DNA of 64,000 nucleotides. Origin: Octopus bimaculoides. Its lineage: Eukaryota. Below the pieces are notes generated by a model, which did no database searches, was not told where the DNA came from, and saw nothing but the letters and a program-made list of their open reading frames with translations. Where the stretch lies: the NCBI RefSeq assembly GCF_001194135.2, contig NC_068998.1, positions 32,728,146-32,792,145 on the forward strand, given 5' to 3'. Positions 13,333-25,099 of the stretch are shown here, piece by piece. Position 1 is the first letter of the stretch. Every line of letters starts with the position of its first letter. A program made the translations under genes and the position numbers.

Positions 13333-13700
13333 GGATAGTTTGTACATGCATATCTTTTATCTTTTACTTGTTTCAGTCATTAGACTGCAGTCACGCTGCG
13401 GCTCAACCGTGAAGAATTTTTAGTCTAACAAATCGATCCAGGTACTTATCTTTTAACCTGGAACTTATACTATCAGTCTCTTTTGCCAAACTGCTAAGTT
13501 ATGGGGATGTAAACAAATTATCACCAGTTATATATATGTATGATGGACTTCTTTCAGTTTCTGTCTACCAAATCCACTCAGGTGGCTTTGGTTGGCCTGA
13601 GGCTTTAATAGAAGACACTTGTCCAAGGTGCCACAGAGTGGGACTGAATCCAAAACCATGAGGTAGGGAAGTTAACTTCTTAGTACACACAGCTACAGGC
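13333..13700 (-). mobile_element. SINE family A
   Basis: Near-complete family A body from the tail (cttttacttgtttcagtc) to the head (tacacacagc). Confidence 0.85.
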
Positions 13701-14866
13701 TGTGGCACACATCAACCATCTCATGAATTCTAGCATTAGAACCAGTGTTGGACTTTAATGGTAAAGTGAAAGACAGAATACACTAATGGTAGACCTAACT
13801 TGCCACCAGGTTTGACACCACCACCACCACCACCAGGTCATTGAATGGATGCCTTTAGCACACTTTAGCACTCTTTACTAGAATTCGTCTCTGAACTCAC
13901 TGTTCCCTCTTCCTCTACATATTTCCTGTGGTTACTGACCTGCAGATATTGAAATTGGACATCAGCTGCTTCAATCACATCAGGTTAAGTGAAACTGGAA
14001 TTTTAGAAGTAACAGGTCAAAAATTATTTTTAAATTAAAAAATTTTGATTAAAAATCTTTAAAAATGAGAATTGATTAAATATCTATTAGTGAGAACTAA
14101 AATAAGGCAGAGTAAAACATTAATTAAATGTTTGCCTCGAATTTGAAATCATGACCCTGGGATGAATAGTTAAATATCTAATTTTCAGACGAACATCTAA
14201 CCATTAAAAGGTAGATAAATTCTTAAATGTCCCAACAGTCCAGAAGCAATTCATTTGAAATTTACACAATTGAAGGGAAGTAATTCTCAAAGATTTCCTT
14301 GATTTATTTCCCTTGCAACAGTTGTAAAATATCAGGATTTCTGCTTAAATTGTAGATGAATGAAGCTGACTTGTGTGACTACAAAAAACGCACACCGGGA
14401 GACTGTCCGTCTGTCTGTCTATCTCTCTCTGTCTCTGAATATCTGTCTATCTTTCTCTCTCACACACACACATCAGCCTCACTACAGTTACTTGTTTAGA
14501 AACTTATTTTTTTAAAGTCATGTTCACAAGACATCTGTTTTTAGGTACTTCTCATTTAACATCCATACGTTAACAAATAAATCCTCTGGTGAGGAATGCT
14601 AGTATAACATGAAGTTAACAGGGAATGTACTGTTGTATTTATATTCATTACTCATGACTTCTCATCAAAACCAGTTCCAATCCAACAGTAATGTAAACCT
14701 GTAAACCTGTATACGTGCCAGGAGCTGTTAAAGCAGCATTGTGATTTTATAAATCATTTGTGTATTTGAAGAGTACAACTGGTGCATAGAACGATAAACC
14801 ATTTCTACACTGCTATGTCTACTTACAACTATGTGGTTTTGGACATTTTATAGAATTCTCCAAAAG

Positions 14867-14932
14867 CGCAGGAGTGGCTGTCTGGTAGGAAGTTTGCTCC
14901 CTAGCTACATGGGTCCAGGTTCAGTCCCACTT
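14867..14932 (+). mobile_element. SINE family A head only
   Basis: gcgcaggagtggctgtctggtaggaagtttgct..ggttcagtcccact. Confidence 0.7.
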
Positions 14933-14981
14933 AGAATTGTTTATCTTCGGTAAACTAGCAGCAAGTTCATAAATGACTTAA

Positions 14982-15187
14982 GCCTTTAGTATTTAAACCG
15001 ACCATATCTGGCCAATATATTTTACCTGCTTTATGTTCATACTGGCTAGATTCAGCCTTTCTTGAAATAAACATTCTACAAATAAACAGTCACATCATTG
15101 AAATCCTGAAGCTCTGAGATAATTAATTCAAAACAATGTGAATAAATAAGCATTACATTTGACAAAAGTTATCTGAATGTTAAAGAG
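14982..15187. mobile_element. piggyBac-like MITE
   Basis: Flanked by TTAA on both sides (14978-81, 15188-91), with imperfect TIRs gcctttagtatt / aatgttaaagag. Confidence 0.6.
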
Positions 15188-15589
15188 TTAAACAAATAAT
15201 ACCAAAGATTAATTACTAATTTAGTCTTCCTTCAGCTTTAGAAACCAATTTTTTCCCTGAATCACATAGTTATTTTGATGACTAGAGTTGTATGTGTATA
15301 TTAACTGAGGAAATATTTTATATGAAAAAAATGCTTTCATTAAACAATATTTTCATTTAATAGTTGCAGATTACTCACACTACCTTGTGTTAAGCAGTTC
15401 ACATTTAATTGATCATGACATAAACAATGCCTCTAATTGTTGAAATCTAATTTAGCTAATTCAAGAGAAGAAAACTCTGTATTCTTCAAGGAATATGAAA
15501 ACAAAGTCTGATAGAAAGCCGGAGCACTATTGGTCTCTTTTGAAACATTAAATTATTTGTCAGCAGAAAAAAAACATTTTACACCAGTA

Positions 15590-16280
15590 AACATAAACAC
15601 ATCTGCAGAACTAATTGATCCTAGTACAAATTTTTTAAGTCTGGTACTTTTTCGATTGGTCTCTTTTGCCAAATCACTAAGTTACAGGGCTGTAAAGAAA
15701 GCAGCACTGGTTGTCAAGCAGTGAGGAGGGGATGAACAGAAACAAAGAAACACTCAACCAGTCTCTCACACATACAGACAAACAGACAAACTAAGGGTCA
15801 AACAGGCATATACAAGTGCACATGGACATGTGTGCACACACACACACATCACAAAATGATCAAATGTCCTTTCTAAGCCCTAGGTTCATTAGATCAGTTT
15901 CCTGGATTTTGTGGTGTGTATATTCCTCCCCGGATGGGACACCAGTCTGTTGTAGGATTATTTGGTCTTGCAAGCTGAGTGGACCAGAACAATATGAGAT
16001 GAATTGTTTTGCTTGAGAACATAATGCATTGTCCAGTTAAGGAATCAAAACAATCTTATGGACATGAGTGCAACACCACTAACCACTAACCCATGTACCA
16101 CCACAATTATATATATTCACACACACACTCACACACACACGAGGGACTTCCATGCACTTGTATAACAAATTTGCTTGCAAGGCATTGGTCGGCCTGGGTA
16201 GACACTTACCCAAGGTGCTGTGCAGTGGGACTGAACCCAAAGTCATATAGCTTCTTAACCACACAACTATACCTGCACCT
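15590..16280 (-). mobile_element. SINE family A pieces (3' half 15590-15770, 5' half 16135-16280)
   Basis: Both halves match family A and are separated by other degenerate repeat sequence. Confidence 0.6.
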
Positions 16281-16685
16281 AAAATTACATACATATATGT
16301 ACATTTGCACACACACACATACACACACACACACACTCTCACGAAACAAATCTTTCTCATGAAGCACTGGTTAATTCAACAGATGACACCCAAAGTGCAG
16401 TGTAGTGGCATGAAACCTGAAACCCTGTGACTGAGAAATTAACTTAAAATCATTTAAACAAACTGAATAAAGTTGGATCATGAAGATTCGTGGTTGCATC
16501 AACCTGTCGGCCACTTGGACATTTGGGTATCAATGGCCGCAGAAGAACTGTCACAATTAAACGCTCGTCTGATGTTGCTGAAAAGAGCTCAATGTAGATA
16601 TGGGCAAAGAGAAATGACCAATGGACCTAGTTGTGGATTCCATTGGTTATTTATAGGAAATATAAAGAAGAAAATTGGTTCCTTT

Positions 16686-16776
16686 GTCAGTCAGAGTGGC
16701 CTAGTGGGCTGAAACGCAGACATAGGAACACAAGTTCACAAAAAGAATGACCCAGGTTCAAATCCTGCTGGAGACA
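16686..16776 (+). pseudogene. tRNA-like (Leu-like) pseudogene or head of a rare SINE
   Basis: A-box TGGCCTAGTGG (16697-707) and B-box GGTTCAAATCC (16755-65) with a long variable region. The acceptor and anticodon stems are broken. Confidence 0.45.
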
Positions 16777-17949
16777 GGATTTTGAATAGCAACAGGAGGA
16801 CACCTAGGAGTCATGACCTGGATGGGCCTGGCTCCAGTAGAGTGTCAGGTATAAGGGCTGAAACACTTGTTGTATGGGAATTCTTCCTCTGAAGACCTCT
16901 CCTGTTGTGTGCTCTCTTTGTGGCAAGTTTGTTATTTATTTAAGGATGAGAAGTGATAGATTCTAAAAATATTGTGCTGTGATGTGAATAAAAGTGGAAA
17001 CAATATGTACATCACATTAAATTTGAATTATTTTGAGTTAGAAATATTAAAACTCAGTAAACTAAAGCAAACTAATATATTGTAGAAAGCTACAATAATT
17101 TGATTAATGAGTAAAAGGAAAGATTTTGGTTTTGAAGAAATAGTCTCATCATATTGTAATATATAATACAGGGAAGAAAAACGTTAATACTAAAGACATT
17201 AACAAGTCACATTTATTTGCTATACATTTTAATATAATGAATAGCAAGAATAAAGAAACATATGGAAGCAAAATGTCTATTAGAACAATATATATATATA
17301 ACTGATTATAAAAGCAGTATAACTGAAAATATGCGACAAAAACTTATGCACCAAGCTAAAATTATATCTTATCATGTTAATATCTCAAATCAGTTGGAAG
17401 ATCTTCAACTTCCACACACACGTACATGCACACACGCACACATGCATGCACGCACACACACACACGTGCGTGTGCTCACACATATATAAACATACATATA
17501 CATGGTGAAAAACAATTCATGATGTAATAAAACCATTTCCTAGACCCATTCCACTCCTAGAAGTACCTTGTAGATCCCTTGCATATGAGCCATATGAGAT
17601 GTCATCTCTGATGACACCTCATATAGCTCCTAAGGTCTGCAAAGAGCCTACAAGTCAGCACCTGCAGCAGCTTGACCATCTGGATGTTGGAACCTACAAT
17701 TCCAAGTGAGTTCGCCAGCTGACTCACACTCTGCTACACAAAATACACATGCGATTATGCTGAATATTACATTGGTAGATGAGGGTCACCTCTGTGACCA
17801 TGCATGTGGCTGAGTAGGCCAGCCTTTGAGAACCACACTGATCACACAAAAGAGCTCTTTCATGCTCTCCTCCAGAAGGGGGTTATCGTACTCCTTATAT
17901 TTATCAGCATGTTTCACTACAGCATATGCAACTCTGTTGCCCTTTAACA

Positions 17950-18130
17950 TCAGTGGCAATCAGATTCCTCCACAGCTCCCTATCTGATGCAAGATCTTCC
18001 CAGGTGTTAGTATCAATATTGATTTTTTTTATGTGTGTTTTTAAGATTGTCATTGAAACCCTTGCATGGCTTGCTCTAAAGACATCTTCCTTGCTCCATC
18101 TGGGGCAAATGTTTAATTGTCTTGAAGGCA
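17950..18130 (-). mobile_element. RTE (BovB-like) LINE C-terminal fragment
   Basis: ILKTHIKKINIDTNTWEDLASDRELWRNLI matches the typical RTE/BovB ORF C-terminus (WE.LA.DR..WR). Confidence 0.7.
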
Positions 18131-18174
18131 ATGAAACATTTACAGTTTCTGTTGGTGTGTTTGCTCCATTGTTG

Positions 18175-18295
18175 CCATCATCATCATCAGCAGCAGCAGC
18201 ACTGCTGCCACTTTGCTGACTCTACCACCACCACAACCACCACCACCACCACCGCTGCTGCCATCATCATCATCATCACCACCACCACCATCAAC
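18175..18295. repeat. Compound (CAT)/(CAG)/(CAC) microsatellite
   Basis: Directly visible. Confidence 0.9.
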
Positions 18296-18498
18296 TTTGA
18301 GAGTGGTTTCTTGAGACTCCAGGAGCCATGAAATGCAGCATTATAATTCAATAAGCCACTTGTATGTTTGAAAAGTACAGATGGTTCGTAGAATGATTAG
18401 TCATTTTTATACAGCAGCATCTTTTTATATCTGAGCTGTTATCAGAAATGACAACAAAAGCAACTTGATCTTGTTAACACATTCCATTGTTCTTGCAG

Positions 18499-18583
18499 TT
18501 TGGTATCCCTTGCTCTATCCCTTTTGCCTGTTAATATTCTGTGGCAGGGTGAGGGACATTTTGGCACTATACAAATCTGAAAA
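18499..18583 (+). CDS. Candidate exon 4 (V-WYPLLYPFCLLIFCGRVRDILALYKSE-K)
   Basis: Acceptor ttgttcttgcag and donor AA|gtaata; 85 nt, phase 1 to phase 2; open, hydrophobic then basic; unique sequence. Confidence 0.4.
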
Positions 18584-18792
18584 GTAATATATTTATCCTG
18601 TCAGAAGGCACTCAGAAACTTGAAATTGTCTGGGATTCCAACTCAGAACAACTGTGTGGTCAATGAATATAACAATAAACTTAACGATGTTTGATTGAAC
18701 ATATTACCATTGTCTATTTCTAAATTATTTGTACTGTGTTAATTGTTCTATATCTTGTCTATGCTATAACTTCTCTTTCCATTTTCTTTCAG

Positions 18793-18796
18793 GTAA
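18793..18796 (+). CDS. Candidate terminal coding bases (completes Lys, then TAA)
   Basis: Strong acceptor attttctttcag; AA|G TAA finishes the frame from the previous exon. Confidence 0.3.
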
Positions 18797-19300
18797 GTTC
18801 TCCAGTTGATAGCATTAACAACTGGAATCCTTGTTCTTTGGATTACAAATATTACTGATGCAGCAAGATGAAAAATACGAGTGAGTGATATTATTTCATT
18901 TCCTAAACCTGAAAAATTGTACTTAAAAAAAAATCATTGATAAAAAAAGAAAAAAAAAAATGCATTTTATAACAGACATTGTCAAATCATATTGCTATGC
19001 AAAGTCTGAACTTTAGGTGTTCCAGTAGTGGACGGTGAAAGCAGGACATACACACATATGCAATTTTTTAGTGATAAGAAATATTACTGTTTGAAAATGT
19101 TAGAATTGGTTTTCTGCATATGATGCCTATCATGGAACAATAATATATTCTGAAGCAATTAAAAGTTGCTGGAACAACAATACAATTGATAACAAAGTTA
19201 ATCTTTAATTCAATTTTCATTTAATATAACAACCTGCTAAAAACATTCAACTAAAAGTCAAATAAATACTTATGTGATATATTATATCTATTTCCTTAAA

Positions 19301-19520
19301 GGTGACGAGCTGGCAGAAATGTTAGCACCCCGGGCGAAATGCTTAGTGGTATTTTGTCTGTCTTTATGTTCTGAGTTCAAATTCCGCTGAGGTTCACTTT
19401 GCTTTTCATTCTTTTGGGGTCAATAAGTTAAGTACCAGTTGTGTACTGGGGTTGATCTAATTGACTGCCCCCCTCCCCCAAAATTTTGGGCCTTTTGCCT
19501 AGAATAGTAAAGATTATATT
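19301..19520 (+). mobile_element. SINE family B, full length
   Basis: Runs from ggtgacgagctggcagaaatgttagc.. to the agaatagtaaagatta tail. Confidence 0.9.
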
Positions 19521-19752
19521 TATTTCTTTATTGCACATGGGGAGGGGGATAAACATAGAGGGGACAAACAAGGACAGACAAAAGGATTAAGTTGATTACA
19601 TCAACCCCAGTGTGTAACTGGTACTTATTTAATAGGCCCCGAAAGGATGAAAGGCAAAGTCGACCTTGGCAGTATTTGAACTCAGAACGTAATGGCAGAT
19701 GGAATACTGCTAAGCATTTCACCTGGTGTGATTCTGATTCTGCCAGCTCACC
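19521..19752 (-). mobile_element. SINE family B, full length, alternative 3' end
   Basis: Reverse complement starts ggtgagctggcagaatc and ends ..aataaagaaata. Confidence 0.9.
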
Positions 19753-20221
19753 TATGTGATATATTATGTTGCACTGAAATGGCTGATCTGCTGTTACCCG
19801 ACTCATTTCAAGTATTAGATGCATTATACACTTAGTGATTTGCTATAACTGGTGTAATTACCAAATACTTGTTTGAAATATTGAAATTTTGTTACTTTTT
19901 ATTTTGGGATAAATTTCTATCTATGCTGAAACATCTGTCTGTCTCTCTCTCTCTCTCTCTTCTGTTATTGTGTGCATGTGACAGATAAATGTACATGATT
20001 TTTGGTTTAGTAAGTCATTCAATACAAAAGAGCAAACTTAAATTTAAGCTAAATATTAATTTTTATTAACAAGTCATATGCAATCACCAGCACGTTAAAA
20101 AAAAACAACAACGTGTTTTTTTATGTTTTTATGATACAGAAGATACCAAGAAAACTGGCAGAAACAACTGAACTAAAATTATTATACTCAGCATATACCA
20201 TACACAACAAATACAATTGGT

Positions 20222-20425
20222 AAGATGGCAAGCTGCCAGAACTGCTAGCATACTTAGAAGCATTTTGTCCATCTTTTTATTCTGAGTTCAAATTCCACCA
20301 AGGTCAACTTTGCCTTTCATCCTTTCAGGGCTGATAAAATAAGTACCAGTTGAGTACTGGGGTCAATGTAAATGACTTACCCTTCCCCCAAAATTGCTGG
20401 CCTTGTACCAAAATTTGAAACCAGT
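20222..20425 (+). mobile_element. SINE family B
   Basis: ctgagttcaaattcc..aagtaccagttgagtactggggtc..ggccttgtaccaaaatttgaaacc. Confidence 0.85.
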
Positions 20426-21605
20426 TAAGTACAACTGTCTCTCCTTATGCATACACATGTGTGTGTGTGCATCATTTTCATTAAATGTAATAGAAATTTT
20501 GATTTCATGTAATATAATACAATTTTGAATGAAAATGCTTCAGCGGTTAAAGTTTTGGGTGATCAGCTGATGTGGTTTTGATGGAATTCACTTTTGATAA
20601 GTTGATGTATTTCCTGGAAAGACCAGTTATTCTATTTGCTCCAGTTAGCTGTGGAGAATAGGTAACTGATTCTCGGCAAATATGTTTAAACTTTATGAAA
20701 TGGTAGTTCAAAATTATTCCTGTATGACTGAAAGGATTGCTGTTTTAACAAGAGTTTTAACAAGAGTTTTAACATCATTACTATTAATGAAAATTGTCTC
20801 AAACAATTAAAAATTAGTTGAAAAGAAATTTTTTCATTATAATAGTGGAGGAAGGAAAAGAAATTTTTGCTTCCAGTTTATCAGTATTAACTCTCTCAGA
20901 TCTGGGTCCCCGTGTCTAGCTTTACCTTCCACCTGGGCTCTTGAACAAAAAATAAATAGTTGCATATACAGTTCAAGAGTAACTAATGCAAGTAAACTAA
21001 TGGACAGAATCACAAGAAAATTCAGGAGAATAACAATAATATCTACACGCATAATAAAATAAGTATATAAAAAATAAAATCTCTCTCTCAGCAATTCTCT
21101 ACTCATGAGGGAAATTTCTCCCCCTCTTCTATTTCTTAGCAAACCCTATTTCTCTTTGTGGATTAAACTGAAAACAACAGCAGTGGCAGCAACAGCGGTC
21201 ACCCGTCAAATTTCACACATGTGTGTTAAACAATAATAGGCTTATCTCTCAACTACCAATATTTGTTCACCTTTTTGCTACTTTCCTCATGACTTTCACC
21301 TGTTTGGTTGTCAGAATCACTCTCATTGCTGGCATAAGTATAAACTCTTCATCCAAAGCATAAACATCATCAATAATTTCCTCAACTGCAAAGCATCTAG
21401 ACCTTGCTTGTTTACAAGATGAAGTGCTGGGATCATCACTTGCCCATTTCATTGCAAAATCAATTCCTTTTTTTTGATTAAAAACAAAAATAAACAACAG
21501 CTACAGGGATACAATTAACAAGGCTGTAATGTGATCAGTCATTTTATTTTAGTATTTTATCTTCTTTATCTATGTATGTTGTTCATTATCACTTTAGTGG
21601 CAATC

Positions 21606-21633
21606 CAGCAGCAGCAGCAACAACAGCAGCAGC

Positions 21634-21706
<73 letters not shown>
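21606..21706. repeat. (CAG)n(TAG)n compound microsatellite
   Basis: Directly visible; explains the poly-Y/poly-C ORF at 21566-21763. Confidence 0.95.
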
Positions 21707-22058
21707 ATTCTTACTTAAAAGTGGATGCTGTGTTAGAACACAGAATACTGCATTATTTACCATGAGAGAATCTCTCGTATGGACTTGTGGTGCATAAAAG
21801 CACTTGTGTGTATATCATTGGTGAAAGAAAATCATCTGCTATCACTGTCTGAATTGCCAGGTTACATGATTTCAGCCTTCCTTGGCCTTGTCAGTGGTAG
21901 ACACCTGTGGCTAGACATAGCAGTGATTCCCCCATCAGCAGTATACATAGATTCTCAGTGTCTATTCTGGCACTGCTGTTGCAAATATCTGGTGTAATGA
22001 TCATGGGGAATATATAGTACCAAAAGTTTTTTCTTATCTCCTGTTTTGATATGCATAC

Positions 22059-22091
<33 letters not shown>

Positions 22092-22109
22092 TGTATGTAT
22101 GTATGTATT

Positions 22110-22300
22110 CAGAGAATTGTTGGGCATAAGAGGAATCAAATGTAGCCTGAAAGAGAGAAGGCTATATTTGTTTGGACATGTGATGAGGATAGCTGCATAA
22201 AGAAATGACAATCGCTGAAAGTGGATGGTACCTGTAAAGAAGGAAACCCAAGAAGACATGGGATGAAGTGTTAAGGGCCAATCTCAGGATGTTGCTTACT
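22110..22300 (+). mobile_element. RTE LINE C-terminal fragment
   Basis: RELLGIRGIKCSLKERRLYLFGHVMR.., parallel to the 1.95-kb RTE copy. Confidence 0.7.
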
Positions 22301-22329
22301 ACTTGATCCATTTAGTCTGTTTGATTCTA

Positions 22330-22680
22330 GGATAGTAAAGAAAGAGGATGAAAAGTCAAAAAAAAAAATACAATCCCTTAAAACTTGCAATTGCAGGAGT
22401 TTGGAGGATGAAAACTGTAAAGGTTGTGCTTGTAATGATTGGTGCAATGGGAACTGTGAGGAAAGATAGAGAGAAATGGTTGAACAAGATTGCAGAAGAA
22501 TGTCCTGTAGAGCTTCTACAAAATGTTTGCCTTTTAGGGACAGGGAAGATTATCAGGAGGGTTTTAAGCACTTGAAAGACTATTGAAAGTTTGTGGTTAC
22601 CTAAGGTTACAGGTAGTAACCTGCTACCCATATAAATTCTACCAGGAATAAGAATAAACCTGAGTCAAATCAACAACAAC
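22330..22680 (+). mobile_element. R4/Dong-clade LINE 3' end
   Basis: WRMKTVKVVLVMIGAMGTV..LQNVCLLGTGKIIRRVL is the C-terminus typical of RLE-type R4/Dong ORFs. It ends in (CAA/CAG/AAT)n. Confidence 0.8.
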
Positions 22681-22696
22681 AACAGCAGCAGCAATA

Positions 22697-22890
22697 ATGG
22701 CTTCTGGTTTAGGCACAGGGCTGACAATTTTTTAGTTGACTTCAGACTCTAATACTGGACTGCTACTGTATTTTATTAACCCCAGTAGGACAAAAGGTTA
22801 AGTTGATCTCAGTGGGATTCAAATTTAAGTATGTCAAATGTGAGAACAAATAATGCAAGGTAATTTTTTGACTTTAGCAATGCTACCAGC
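22697..22890 (-). mobile_element. SINE family B (diverged)
   Basis: aggcacagggctgac..ttattaacccc..ggattcaaattt..gctaccagct. Confidence 0.65.
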
Positions 22891-23559
22891 TGAATGCTGA
22901 TAATTTTTTACTTTGATACAATATCACAAAATTATAAGTGAATTAACTTCAGTATTTAACTGGTGTCTATTTTTTTTAACTCAAAATTTTCCTAACTACA
23001 TAACAATGCCTGCATTCATGAGGATGTTATTTGTGCATAATATGTTCTTGGTTACTCTAGTTTATTATCAAATTGTTAGTAGACTCACATTTTTCCCTTT
23101 ATCTTCTGCTGTTTGTGTTGCAATTTTTATCTTGTGACACAAACACATTTTTATCTTGAAATGTGTTTGTCTCATATCAAAAACTTTATAAATTCCTGAT
23201 AAAATTTTATACTATAGAATACAATGAGCTGATAGAATAAAGTTTATTTAGTATAAAATTTATTTTTTTAATAGACAATCTGTTTCAAGAGAAATTCAAT
23301 GAATCCTGTGCAAATTAGTGCAGTAGTTTAGTTGTGAATAAATCAGCTACTTTAATTCAGTATTTAACTAGCATCTATTTTCTTTACTCAGCATTTTCTT
23401 AACTACATTCCTGCATTCCTGAGGATGTTATTTTTGCTAACACTATTGTGAAAATGATTGTATATCACAGTAGTGTAAAAATAAGATTTTTACACTGTAA
23501 CTCAAAGGTTTAATTTAAAGAGATTTTTTTTCAACATTATTTGAGTTTATATTATACTG

Positions 23560-24171
23560 AGACCATAACCCGGGGGCCTATGCCAGTGGTGTATAACCAG
23601 CCCACTTATGAGTACCCTTCATTCATTGGACAATAAACTTTGCTTGCGAAGACCTGTTAAGGCAAGTGAAAACAAAATCACTGACATGGCCAATGAGAGT
23701 ACAGCCTGATTGGCACTCGTGCCAGTGGAATGTTAAAAGCACCATCTGAGTGTGATCATTGCTGGGGCTTCCTTACTGGCTCCCATGCTGGTGGCATGTA
23801 AAACACACCATTCGAGTGTGATCATTGCCAGCGTCACCTTACTGGCACATGTGCCAGTGGCACATGAAAAACAACATTTGTGTGTGGTCATTTCCAGTGC
23901 CACCAGACTGGCTCCTGTGCAGGTGGCATGTAAAAAAAACACTTTTTGAACGTGATCGTTGCCCGTACCGCCTGACTGGCCCTCATGCTGGTGGCACGTA
24001 AAAGCACCCACTACACTCTCGGAGTGGTTGGCATTAGGAAGGGCATCCAGCTGTAGAAACTTTGCCAGATCAGACTGGAGCATGCTGCAGCCTTCTGGCT
24101 CACCAGTCCTCAGTCAAACCGTTCGACCCATGCCAGCAAGGAAAGTGGACGTTAAACGATGATGATGATGT
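23560..24171 (+). mobile_element. RTE LINE 3'UTR with expanded ~66-bp tandem units
   Basis: Homologous to 2185-2590 and ends ggacgttaaacgatgatgatgatg. Confidence 0.85.
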
Positions 24172-24616
24172 ATTGACTTAGTTTTCCTCTCCTTCAGCGT
24201 CATTAAAATAAGTCACAATAATTTACTAGTGTTCAGTGAATGTAATTGGTATGCTTTTCCTAACCAACCAGGGAATCTTGAGTGTCAGCAAAATTGCTAT
24301 TATTGAGATAAATCTAGTAAGGAGAAAGAAAAACTGGATTGTGGAATAAAATATCTTATAATTATTAGTTTCTTCTTTCCACATTCTGAGTTTAAATACC
24401 ACTAAAATAAATTTGGCCTAGAATTGACAAAATAATCACCAGTTATCTAATGAAGACAACCATTAGCTGCATCATACAATATTTAGCTCATTTTCTCCAA
24501 GGTCTTTGAAAAAGACACCAATCATGCACTGAAGTCATTTATAAGTTTATAGCATTATATCAAAGTAGGAAATCATCATCATCATCATTATCATCATCAT
24601 CATCATCATCATTAAT

Positions 24617-24818
24617 GGTAGATTGATAGAATTGCTAAAACATCAGATTAAATGTCATACATATTTCTCCCAGCACTTTATGTTTTGAGTTCAAATTCCA
24701 ATGAAATCAATTTTGTTTGTCATCCTTCTAAGGTTGATAAAATAAAGTACGGGTCAAGTACTGGTGTTGATTGTACCAACTAAGCCTATCCTCCTGAAAC
24801 TGCTGGTCTTGTGCCATG
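24617..24818 (+). mobile_element. SINE family B (diverged)
   Basis: tttgagttcaaattcc..gttgataaaataaagtac..ggtcttgtgcc followed by (GAT)n. Confidence 0.7.
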
Positions 24819-24824
24819 ATGATG

Positions 24825-25095
24825 ATTGTTATCTTTATTGCCCCCCCCCTCAAAATGGTTCTTATAACCTAGTCATTTTTCTACTTTGATAGCAGGCTGC
24901 AACCAATAGCAACCAACTTCCTTGTTTCTTTCATACTTTTTCGTCAATCTAATCATCAAGTGGGATATTTTTCCTCTTCCCAGTAAGCAAACTCTTTGCT
25001 AAAGCTCTATCTCACAATCTACTTTAATCTTTATCCATGTTACACTATTGTTCATCACTGTCTCTTATTCTCCTACAATTACTAGTGTAATGGGA
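24825..25095 (-). mobile_element. R4/Dong-clade LINE 3' end (degenerate)
   Basis: Minus translation LVIVGE..WIKIKVDCEIEL*QRVCLLGRGKI parallels the 22.4-kb copy. Confidence 0.6.
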
Positions 25096-25099
25096 TTAT

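Noticed and set aside
12960-13351. 99-aa minus ORF ending near CTGAGGA..GAAAC
   Set aside because: No recognisable domain; the hammerhead cores are ~70 nt apart without convincing stems.
16850-16900. GAAAC..GTA..CTGAAGA as a type II hammerhead
   Set aside because: Stem II does not close (C/T at the core junction) and stem I has a U-U base.
21246-21480. Protein-like minus ORF (MKWASDDPSTS..EEIIDDVYALDEE)
   Set aside because: No convincing splice context or recognisable family. It looks like a frameshifted acidic N-terminus of a decayed transposase (piggyBac-like) but cannot be supported.
23700-24010. CRISPR-like array interpretation of the ~66-bp and 30-bp repeats
   Set aside because: Eukaryotic context, no unique spacers and no cas genes; these are tandem repeats.
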